This document shows positions 1 to 11,106 of a stretch of DNA of 64,000 nucleotides, one piece after another. The stretch is from Octopus sinensis (taxonomy: Eukaryota). Below the pieces are notes generated by a model. It was not told the DNA's origin. It saw only the letters and a list, made by a program, of their open reading frames with translations, and ran no database searches. Both the position numbers and the translations under genes were made by a program. The DNA lies in contig NC_043002.1 of the NCBI RefSeq assembly GCF_006345805.1, positions 1,860,001 through 1,924,000 of the forward strand. The letters are read 5' to 3'. How positions within the stretch are numbered: the first letter of the stretch is position 1; each line of letters starts with the position of its first letter.

Positions 1-905
1 ATTTCCTCGGAACTTTCCTGGAAGTTTTCGATGAAATTTCCCGGATGTTAGAAAATCCTCGCAATTTCCCATGCAATTTCCCATGCATTTTTAGCCGTAA
101 TTTCCGGGGTGTTAGAATATCCTCGGAACTTTCCGTGCAGTTTTCCACTAAATTTCCTGGAAGTTAGAAAATCCTCGGAACTTTCCTGGAAGTTATCGAT
201 GAAACTTCCCGGAAGTTAGAAACCTCGGAACTTCCCATACGGTTTTAGTCTTAATTTCCCGTGAGTTTGAATGTACTCGGAACTTTCCATGCAATTTTTG
301 TACCAAATTTCCCGGAAGTTAGAAAATCCTCGGAACTTCCCATACAGTTTCTCACGAAATTGCTGGATGTTAGAATATCCTCGGAACTTTCCATGCGGTT
401 TTCCACCAAATTTTCCATAAGTCAAAAAATCCTCGGAACTTTCCTGGAAGTTTTCAACCTAATTCTCGGAAGTTAGAGAACCCTCGGAACTTCCCATGCT
501 TTTTTCGACGAAAATTCCCGGAACGTCCTAGGAATTTTCGATCAAATTTCCCGGAAGTTAGAAAATCCTCGGAACTTTCCATGCATTTTTAGTTGTTTCT
601 TTTGGGACTTTCCTCGGAACTTCCTATGCAATTTTCGACCAAATTTCCCGGAAGTTAGAAAATCCTCAGAACTTCCCATGCAGTTTTCCACGAAATTTCC
701 CGGAAGTTTCAATATCCTCGGAACTTTCCATGCAATTTTTTACTAAATTTCCAAGAATTTAGAAAATCCTCGGAGCTTTCCTGGAAATTTTCGACGAAAT
801 TTCCCGGAAGTTAGAAAATCATCGGAACTTTCCTGGAAATTTTCGACGAAATTTTCCGGAAGTTAGAAACCCTCGGAACTACCCTTGCATTTTTCGTCAG
901 GAAGT
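1..905. repeat. Tandem satellite, about 52-bp unit, about 17 diverged copies (runs off the window start)
   Basis: Unit GAAATTTCCCGGAAGTTAGAAAATCCTCGGAACTTTCC(N)14 recurs; CCTCGGAA at 121 and 173, CTGGAAATTTTCGACG at 781 and 833 give a 52-bp period. Confidence 0.95.
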
Positions 906-909
906 TTCT

Positions 910-2450
910 CGATCTTCTTGAAACGGATCCGCTAATCTGCTCGCACGAATGCAGTGAAATCTCTAGATGGTACTTTCAACGGTTATTTTGTCGGTGCTGA
1001 GATGATTTTGGTTCTTTATAGTTTTGAAGATAACCTTAAGGACCAACTTGTGCCTCCATGTATACCTGTTCAATGCTAATGAGCAGTTGGACAGAATATG
1101 TTTTAGTGTATCGACCTTTCCACATTTGCAGATGTCATTCTCTGACTAGATGGCAAAATTTTATAAGATGAACGAATCAGGAAACTCAACCGAGATGTCA
1201 TCCACGTTCACATCTCATCCAAACTTATCTTCCTCTCAACAACATGTTCTTCCCATCTCGTCATCTAACCTTGATGAACACATCGGATCAAATGAAGCTC
1301 TCTTCTCTCTGCTTCTCTTGTTTTGACGCTGATGCTAACAACAGATCTGCGTTCACTCCACATCATGCTTGCAAACGGTCTGAACTGATCCGCGCCAAAA
1401 CCAAGTCCCTTCTGTGTTGCTCCCACCATATCTCTATGTATAAGAGAAGACAAGATGTCGTCAGTTTCTGCTTCTGCTTTCCACTTCCTGGCTGTTTTCA
1501 CCTCTGGTGGGTTACGCCTGATTTCCATATCCTTTGATTCTCTCAGCATCATGACCGTCCGTCCCAGCTTATATATTTCGACTATTGATACTATTGGTAG
1601 CTGCAACGAACGTCTTTTACGATAAAGAGCTGAACTGTTCAACATACGAGGTAGGCCTAGCCACTTTCTAATGAACACATTACATTTTTGTTCAATGATT
1701 TCAACTCGTGACAATGCTACCTCGTATATTAAAAGTGGCCACTCAAGTCGCGGGTACAAGCCGAACTACAAGCACCAAATTTTATAGTTACCTGGTAACT
1801 TGGAATTATCAATCGCTGATAACCCAGCCTCGGCCTGTTTCATAATTTCAATCCCTCGACTTCTGCCTGACAATGTTCCAGCGTATACTCGCCCCAATCT
1901 CTTGACGGGCTCTTCCTTGACTGTTGGAATGCTTTCTTCAGATATTCGAAATTTAAATTCTTTCTGCACTCCCTTAACAAATGTCAGACTACGCGAATTT
2001 TTGGTCTAAATCGCATCCTTGACCACCTTACAAGTTCGTCTAATCTCAAGAGGGCATTCTGCATGATTTGTTTATCTGTAGCTAGAAGTGTCACGTCATC
2101 CATGAAGGCTTTCTTAGGCGATTGTACATGGGCGATTTGTTCCGAAACATCTACACCTTTCAAAATCAACTCCATGACTAAGACAAACCACGTGACATAT
2201 ATTGTACAGCCAGCAGCAATGCCAACCTCTAATCGGTGCCAATCTGTTGTAAAATTTCCAGTTGTAAACCTCATTTCGAAACTGTCATAGTACATCCTCA
2301 TTATTTTGATCACTTTGTCAGGAATGTGGAAGTGACTCATGGCTGTTATTAGTAATTCGTGTGGCACTGAACCATACCCGTTAGCTAGGTCGAGCCATAC
2401 CACGTTCAGACTTTTCTTGTTCTGTTTGGCGTCCTGGATCGCTTTCCAAA
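910..2450 (-). mobile_element. HERO-clade (R2-group) non-LTR retrotransposon fragment: RT plus CCHC knuckle, decayed
   Basis: VWLDLANGYGSVPH, AFMDDVT, KLPGNYKIW, PRLEWPLLIYEV, KWLGLPR; at about 1030-1140 CKCGKVDTLKHILSNCSLALNRYTWRH; frameshifts and stops; endonuclease end absent at the satellite junction. Confidence 0.85.
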
Positions 2451-2476
2451 TCGAAAAACAGTGTTATATATATATA

Positions 2477-3315
2477 CAGGGTGTCCATAAAGTCTCTTTA
2501 CAATTTAAAAATTTTATTACAAAGGCAGTTGGCAAGATATCTTAACCAGATTTGTTTTATTGTAATAATTGTTTATTAAAGTTTATTTTAACTGTTATTT
2601 AACAGACCTCAATATGGGCACCATTAGTGCAATGGCATTACAAATCCTTTACTGCAAGTCAGCAATGTCCCGTATCTTTGTTTCATACATATCTTTTACA
2701 TAACCCCATAAAAAAGTCCAAGGCAAATTTATGTGGCGAACGCCGTGCTCATGGAATTGGCCTGTCCCTTCCAATCCATCGGTCTGGAAATGTCTGATTG
2801 AGGAACTGACGAACATACCGTCCCCAGTGTGGTGATGCACCATCTTGCTGGGAAATGATGGCTGGTTGTAAATCAATCAGTTGTGGTGCCACATATTCGG
2901 TCAGAAGGTGGGGGTAAACATCTGCAGTAATTGTTGCCTAGTTGAAGGAAAATGGACCAATTATTCAATTGCACATGATTCCACACTACGCATTCAATGT
3001 CTCCATAAATTTTTTGTGCCATGAATCAATTGAAGGATGCGATGGTGGATCCCTTCCATACATAGTTGTGTAGTTTCGAGTCTGAACATCCGATTTTGTC
3101 TCAATAAACCAGGATACACATTGTGCCTTTTCATGAGGAGTAGCCATTTTATGGGGGTTCAGTGAATCAGTTCCCTCCCATCAACAGAGTATCTGAAACA
3201 CAAGACTTTAATAAACTTTAATAAACAATTATTACCATAAAATAAATCTGGTTAACATATCTCATCAACTGCCTTTGTAATAATAATAAATTGTAAAGAG
3301 ACTTTATGGACCCCC

Positions 3316-3317
<2 letters not shown>
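2477..3317 (-). mobile_element. Tc1/mariner DD41D (rosa/Visitor-type) internally deleted element with about 105-bp TIRs
   Basis: TA|CAGGGTGTCCATAAAGTCTCTTTACAATTT at 2477 and its inverted copy ending 3317|TA; remnant QQDGASPHW...WIGR...ALDFF with 41 residues between the 2nd and 3rd D. Confidence 0.9.
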
Positions 3318-3372
<55 letters not shown>

Positions 3373-3393
3373 TATATATGTATATATACATAC

Positions 3394-3428
<35 letters not shown>

Positions 3429-3492
3429 AATACATACATAAATACAACATATATATATATACATATATATATATATACATATATATATATAC

Positions 3493-3563
<71 letters not shown>

Positions 3564-3590
3564 CATACATAAATACAAACATATATATAT
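3318..3590. repeat. (TA)n microsatellite
   Basis: Interrupted TA run. Confidence 0.95.
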
Positions 3591-3636
3591 ACGGATATCA
3601 TCATAAAAATGATAATATCAGTGGCCTAATGTTACC

Positions 3637-3685
<49 letters not shown>

Positions 3686-3699
3686 CTGTGTGTGTAAAT

Positions 3700-3885
3700 A
3701 ATAATAATAGTGTTTTCATATAAGCTTAAAGCTTATGGCGATCACCGTGCAATGATTAAGGAAACTAGTCTAATAAATGGGATTATAAGCCCTAGACAGA
3801 AAGAACGTTGTTCCTCTCCGCGTGGGAATCGAACCCACATCCCTTTGTTAACGCAACTAAGTGTACTACCTTTACACCAGTGAAT
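3700..3885 (-). mobile_element. tRNA-derived SINE-like element with (ATT)n tail
   Basis: Minus strand: D-arm GTGTA-AAGGTAG-TACAC, T-arm GTGGG-TTCGATT-CCCAC (B box GGTTCGATTCC at 3825-3835); acceptor and anticodon arms do not pair, so not a functional tRNA. Confidence 0.5.
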
Positions 3886-4024
3886 CAGCATCCCTTTGCT
3901 TTTCAAAGTTAAGAACTATAATAGTTCGTATCTGTTTTTGCATATGTAAGCAAACTTTCTATATGCTTTCGGTGCGAATGTTTTTTTCTTTTTTGTTATA
4001 CGGTACCGTCTTTACAATCCTGTA

Positions 4025-4083
<59 letters not shown>

Positions 4084-4085
<2 letters not shown>

Positions 4086-4640
4086 CCCTGATGCAGTACC
4101 AGGCAGTGGCTCTCATGGCTTCTGATCTTAACTGATTGGAAGTGTTATCATGTACATTGTTTTGTCTTGGTATAAAAGATGGGCTACAGCAAATATTCTG
4201 CTCAATACCACAGATTTGCTTGTCAGTTGTTTGACCGTAACCAGTTGAGCATGTCCCTTAGTGGCTGACGATATGTGCATTTCTGATCACGAGCAGAAGT
4301 AGTGGGGGAGCATCATAGCCATGTGTTGAGAAGGATTCTTTGGGGTTTGAATAATTCACCTCTGGAAACATGGGTGTTTCGTTCAACGTCCTTAAACAAC
4401 CCTTATTCAGGGACCTTTTGAGCGGGATGGGTTACTCGATCTGAAGAAAATTCTAACTGGGCTCCACCTGCAAGGTCATGTGCTGTTTATCTTGATATGA
4501 GATCACCATGCCGCGCACATATGGTTGTGATGCATGTGCCTGGTGTAACCTTATCAGACGGGTAGTCATGATGGGTATACTGGGCTTCGTATATTTTACC
4601 CCAGTGTCACTTTGATGGCATGCTCTGCTCGCTCACTCAA
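4084..4640. mobile_element. About 555-bp non-coding interspersed element flanked by (TAA)n on both sides
   Basis: Sharp boundaries against (AAT)n at 4025-4083 and TAATAATAAT at 4641-4650; no ORF; GC higher than flanks; resembles a high-copy octopus repeat from memory (unverified). Confidence 0.5.
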
Positions 4641-4650
4641 TAATAATAAT

Positions 4651-6698
4651 ATGGCTGTAAAGATCAACTAATGATTAATAAAGATATAACTGAAGACAGC
4701 CACAGAAAGAAGAAAGGCCTCAGTATGGCCTGGATTGACTACAAAAAGGCGTTTGATAGCATCCCCCACACATGGATCCTCGAAACACTAGCCATTAACA
4801 AAGTAGCACCAACAATCATAAAATTCATAGAGCACTCTATGAATAAATGGCAAACAGTCCTACACCTCCAAACAAAAGAGGGACTCATGAAAACCAAAGA
4901 CATCCCCATTAGAAGAGGAATATTCCAGGGAGACACGCTCTCTCCACTCCTTTTCTGCTTGGCACTGTCACCTCTATCTGATATGCTAAATAGAACTGGA
5001 TGCGGATATAAATGTTACGGCAAAACGATCAGCCACCTTTTATATATGGATGACCTAAAACTATACGCTGCCAATGACAAACAGCTGGAAACACTATTAA
5101 AGACAGTGCATGGATTTACCAAAGAAATAGATATGAAATTTGGATTAGAAAAATGCGCCAAAGTAACCCTGAAAAGAGGAAAACTAGTTACGAGTAACAA
5201 CATCACACTAGATAAAACCAATGAAATAAAAGAATTAGACCAAAGCCAAACTTACAAATACTTAGGAATCCATGAACTAGATAAGACACAACACACACAA
5301 ATGAAAGAGAAAATAAAAAAAGAATATTATAGACGAGTTAGATAAATACTAAACACAGAGCTCAATGCTAAAAACAAGATAATAGGTATCAACACTTTAG
5401 CTGTCCCAGTTATAAGTTACAGCTACAATATCCTTAACTGGACACGAAATAAACTGTCCAAAATAGATAGGAAAACAAGAAAAATACTGACAGGATCTAG
5501 GATGCATCACCCAAAATCTGACATAGAAAGACTATATAAACAACGTATAGAAGGTGGTAGAGGCCTTATACAGCTGGAAAACTACTATAAAATAACCACC
5601 ATAGGACTGCAAAAATACCTACTTCAGAAGGAAGGAAAACTGATCTAGATAGCAGCAAAACACGAGCAAAACAAAAAACTGTTCTCAGTATTTAAGGAAG
5701 CTGTCAAATACAAACAAGAAATCATATACCACCTAATAAACATGAAGAAGAAGAAGAAGATGAAGAAACAACAAAAGCTATAAAACAAATGAAATCCAAA
5801 CTAAAAATAGAACAGCAACGAACCATGATAAAACGATGGCAAGAAAAGCCCCTTCATGGTAAATACTGGACTAAACTAAACGCAAAAGAAATAGACAAAG
5901 AAAAATCCCAGCAATGGTTGAGAAGCTCAGGACTCAAAGCAGAAACAGAGGGATTTTTAATTGCAGCACAAGACCAAAGCCTCCCCACCAGAAATTCCCA
6001 AAAACATGTAATGAAAAGAAATATTACAAGTAACTGCAGAATATGTGGAGATGGACAAGAAACAATAAATCATATTATCTCTAGCTGCCCAGTCTTGGCT
6101 AAGAAGGAATATATTCACAGACATGACAGAGTTGGAACCTACATACATTGGAAGCTATGCCAACATTATGGAATAACAACAGAAAAAAGATGGTATAGGC
6201 ACACACCAGAAAAGGTCACAGAAAACGAGAAAGCAACCATACTCTGGGATATGCCGATACACACAGATAGAGAAATTAAGGCCAACAGACCAGATATAGT
6301 TGTCAGAGATCATGAAGAAAAAAAATGCTTTCTAATTGATGTATCAATACCGGCAGATGACAACGTGTCTCTAAAAGAAATGGAGAAACTCTCAAAATAC
6401 AAATACCTGGAAATAGAGGTAACTAGAATGTGGAATCTGAAAACAGAAACAATTCCTATCATAGTAGGTGCATTAGGCATGATAAAAAAATATTCAGACA
6501 AATACATAACAAAAACACCAGGACTTACAAACACATATAACATACAGAAAATTGCACTACTAGGCACTGCACACATCCTACGCAGAACACTTTCCATACA
6601 ATAACCATCAGAGCATCACAACAAATCACAGCACATACCCAAGGCACACAGAGCTGCGCTCGGTAGTGAAGTGAAAGCACGCTATAAAAATAAAACTA

Positions 6699-6701
<3 letters not shown>
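4651..6701 (+). mobile_element. Dong/R4-clade non-LTR retrotransposon, 5'-truncated (RT, CCHC, RLE endonuclease, 3' UTR)
   Basis: YGCKDQL, MAWIDYKKAFDSIPH, GIFQGDTLSPLLF, LLYMDDLKLY, CRICGDGQETINHIISSC, NRPDIVV, LIDVSIP, KLSKY; in-frame stops at about 5343 and 5646; (TAA)n on both flanks. Confidence 0.92.
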
Positions 6702-6779
<78 letters not shown>

Positions 6780-6802
6780 ACTACTACTACTACTACTACT
6801 AC

Positions 6803-6836
<34 letters not shown>

Positions 6837-6872
6837 TAATAATAATAATATAATAATAATAATATCATTATT

Positions 6873-6942
<70 letters not shown>
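6702..6942. repeat. (TAA)n microsatellite with a (TAC)n patch
   Basis: Direct reading. Confidence 0.95.
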
Positions 6943-6943
<1 letters not shown>

Positions 6944-8652
6944 CCGTTGGTAGGGGCCGAGGTTATGGTTTATCACAATGTAAATCCGTGCGTGAGCTCC
7001 AGATAAACTGGTTTTTACAGAGTGATGTATAAGAGAGAAGTTAAGATAATGGTCATTCCATATAAGTCCTTTCTTATAGCAAATTTGGCTTACAGCTGTT
7101 GCCAGGAGTCCTCATACAATGGTTTACTCAATTCACCAAGAGACCAATTGAGTAAACGTATCTGCAATGATTCCTGCGAAAAGTTGGAAGCGAAATTTAC
7201 GATAAGAATGGAAGTGTATGGAATTACCGTTATTTTAATTTGTCTGTTATATATATATATATCACTCTGTACATAGATACATATATATATATATGCTAGG
7301 TGCCCCAGCATGGCCCCAGTCCAATGGCTGAAACAAGTAAAAGATAGATACATACAAACACACACACGCACACACACACACATGTACCGATACAAATATA
7401 CTCACACAGATAAAACAATGTACCAATACTGTTGCATCGTTAGCGTTGCGTAGCAGCTGGTGATGTCTAGACAGCTTCTCTTTCGCTTATTCGTGTTTCT
7501 TTAGTCTGCATCGGTAGTTACACTGAAGTTTCAGAGAATTATATTATTTTCTGTCGACTCTAAGAAATAGATTTAAATTTGTATTCAAATCCTGTAGTTG
7601 GGTGGAAATGACGTGTCTTATTTTAAGATGACAGAGGTGACAAAAATTCGAACAGCGGACGTTTATGAAATACAGTCAAGATTACGAGTTATCAAAGGGT
7701 TTAATTGGATTTTTAAATATTAATTTGTGGCTTGATAATGTTGTGTTGGTTCCTTCATCTAAAGGTAAATAGCAACTCTTAATACTCCCTTCGTAATTGC
7801 CGATATTTGCCGATAGTTGTGTGTCGTCTGGATCTAACACTGTAACTTACTAAGTGAATTGTTTAGTGTTGTATGAAATATCCAATGAGCATTGCTCTTT
7901 ATTTTGATGAGTTGCAATTTTCTGCCACCAAGCGCAGCGAGATTATTCTAAAGGGTGACCAGGTTTGAGCACTTGGTATGCTTTATTCACTTACTTCTTT
8001 CGAGGCCTACAACCTGCTAAATATTCGTCTCCCTTATTAAAACCTGTTAGGTGTTTGCGTTTCTTGTTTTTACGTACAAAAGATTATTCATGCGATAAAT
8101 AGGGATCAATAAATATGGAAGAATGTAATAAGCAAATGAATCGGTATAAATGGCTAATCCCTTGAAATAATGGCCATAACATAACGTTGTCGACACATTG
8201 AAACCATTGGAAGAATAAAGAATATATAGAGAAAAGATATTACATGGAATGCCTTGTAACATGTGCAGAGAGATAAACTTTGATAGATTAGAAGACATTC
8301 TAAGAAAGATATTATGTAAGGTTCTTAGACGATGTCTTCAGATTAGACGGAACAGTTCTCTACAGACTTACTTAGCACTAGAATGGATGGCGTATTGTTA
8401 TGTTTTGGTTCGAGTAAGAAGATGATTCTTTTGTAACAGTGCCAGGCAAATCCTATTAGAATGATTAGATAAAGAAACAAAATCACAGACCAGAAGAATG
8501 TTAAATGAACCGAAACAATATTCACAACGCTTTAATTGTTGGTTTCGATGTTCATGTGGTCGTAACAACAAAATGTTACCGAAATCTCTTCAACTCTACG
8601 AACGTTATATATGTATATGTGTGTGTGTACGTGCTTGAGTGGGTGTTATATG

Positions 8653-8729
<77 letters not shown>

Positions 8730-8794
8730 TATACATATATATACATATATATACATATATATACATATACATAAACACATATACAAATACACAG

Positions 8795-8856
<62 letters not shown>

Positions 8857-8869
8857 CTGTTTTACTGTT

Positions 8870-9305
8870 TTACTGTTTTACTTTTTCAGCCATTTGACTG
8901 CGGCCATGCTGGAACACCGCCTTTAGTCGAACAAATCGACCCCAAGACCTATTCTTTGTAAGCCTAGTACTTATTCTATCGGCCTCTTTTACTGAACCGC
9001 TAATTTAAGGGGACGTAAACACACCAGCATCGGTTGTCAAGCGATGTTGGGTGACAAACACAGACACACAAACATATACTCACATACATACACACACACA
9101 CACACACGCACACACACACATACCCCCCATACATATATATATATATACGACGTGCTTCTTTCAGTATACCAAATCCACTCACAGGGCTTTGGTCGGCCCG
9201 AGGCTATAGTAGAAGACACTTGCCGAAGGTACAACGCAGTGGGACTGAACCTGGAACCATGTGGTTCGTAAGCAAGCTACTTAACACACACCCACTGCTG
9301 CACCC
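8870..9305 (-). mobile_element. tRNA-derived SINE, family 1 (dominant family in this window)
   Basis: Reverse complement matches copies at 48725-49144 and 57160-57556: tRNA-like head, internal (TA)/(CA) tract, GGCGGTG..CCAGCATGGCCGCAGTCAAATGGCTGAAA tail. Confidence 0.9.
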
Positions 9306-9831
9306 ATATATATATATAGTTATAATGATTCTAAAAAGAAATAAAGGAAAAGTGAAATAAAAGTAAATAGCGAGTTTTAGGAATTTAGCAATATACGTCT
9401 TAAAACACTCAAATATCAAAAGATTAATAAAGAATTTGTATACACACACACATGCACACAAACACACACACACACACACAACACGCACACACACACATAC
9501 CCCCCATACATATATATATATATACGACGTGCTTCTTTCAGTATACCAAATCCACTCACAGGGCTTTGGTCGGCCCGAGGCTATAGTAGAAGACACTTGC
9601 CGAAGGTACAACGCAGTGGGACTGAACCTGGAACCATGTGGTTCGTAAGCAAGCTACTTAACACACACCCACTGCTGCACCCATATATATATATAGTTAT
9701 AATGATTCTAAAAAGAAATAAAGGAAAAGTGAAATAAAAGTAAATAGCGAGTTTTAGGAATTTAGCAATATACGTCTTAAAACACTCAAATATCAAAAGA
9801 TTAAATAAAGAATTTGTATACACACACACAT

Positions 9832-9845
<14 letters not shown>
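9100..9845. repeat. Near-identical 377-bp tandem duplication (SINE head plus flank) bounded by (CA)n
   Basis: TACGACGTGCTTC at 9146 and 9523; outside the CA tracts I see only a 1-nt indel (AGATTAATAA vs AGATTAAATAA). Confidence 0.9.
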
Positions 9846-9908
<63 letters not shown>

Positions 9909-9974
9909 ACATATATATATGATAATATATATATAGAGAGAGAGAGTTACTGTACCTTGTTATTCATATACATA

Positions 9975-10235
9975 TATATATATATAAACTAAGAATGTGT
10001 GCCTGTCTGTTTACCTAAAACTTAAGAACTACACAACCAATTTCATTCAAATTTTACACATCCCTTACTTAAGGTCCGGGGAGCGTCATCGGCCACAAAA
10101 TATTAACTTTTTCCCTAGGGCGACCCCACAGCAATATCATATCTTCTCCACTATTTCAGTATTACGTGTTAAAAGTTAAACAAAAACATCTCTCTATTGT
10201 AATGTCAGATACTTTCACTTTAATACTGAAACTAT
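9975..10235 (+). mobile_element. Possible non-autonomous Helitron-like 5' segment
   Basis: TATATATAAACTAAG-(TGTG/CTGT)-...ACAACCAATTTCATTCAAATTTTACAC resembles the 5' layout of DINE-1/Lep1-type elements; no 3' hairpin identified. Confidence 0.25.
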
Positions 10236-10806
10236 TAAAGGGAAAGTATTATATAACAGGGATGAACCATTAACAGTGGTCATCCATTTTGTTAGAAGAT
10301 CCGCTATGGTCTTATATGCTACACCACTGGTTTTCAATTCATATTAATCAAATTAATATTAAATTTTTCACCCTTATTATGTGTGTGTGTGTGTGTGTAT
10401 GTGTGTGTGTGTGTGTGTGTTAGCAATTCGTATAAGATTGCATCAATGACTTGAACTTGAAAAGTGGTGTCACATAAATGGGGATAAATTAAAAAGGTTT
10501 GTTGTTGTTATTATTACTGTTTGACTATTGTAATCACATTTGTTGGTTCCTCGTCAGGGAAACGTTGTTGTGTTGATTTGTTAAATAATTGTAAACCGTA
10601 ACCTTTCGGAGAAGGGGCTTTGGTTATTGTTTAAAAATTGAATTGTGTCCCTGTTTGGGGAAACAAGAAGAGAAAAAATGTATGAAGTGGTTAACGATCC
10701 ATCAGGGCGACTAGTAATATATATATATATATATGCATATGGATATATATATAAATATATATATATAAATATATACATATGTATATATATATAAATATAT
10801 ATATAA

Positions 10807-10856
<50 letters not shown>

Positions 10857-10913
10857 AAATATATATAAATATAATATATATATATATAATATATATATAT
10901 ATAAATATATATA

Positions 10914-10968
<55 letters not shown>

Positions 10969-11053
10969 AATATATATATTATATATATATATATAAATAT
11001 ATTATATATATAAATATATATATATATATATAGATATATATATATATATAAAT

Positions 11054-11092
<39 letters not shown>

Positions 11093-11106
11093 AATATATA
11101 TATATA

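Noticed and set aside
1-905. CRISPR-like array
   Set aside because: The whole unit repeats with no unique spacers, there are no cas genes, and the context is eukaryotic; it is a satellite.
3820-3885. Functional tRNA gene
   Set aside because: D and T arms pair, but the acceptor stem has only 4 of 7 pairs and there is no anticodon stem; treated as a SINE head. A similar, weaker motif at about 37465-37520 was also dismissed.
6943-8510. Short ORFs and possible decayed RT traces
   Set aside because: No motif could be read reliably; left unannotated.
10500-10720. 5' UTR of an L1/Tx1 element on the minus strand
   Set aside because: Only a vague resemblance from memory; no ORF or second copy in the window supports it.
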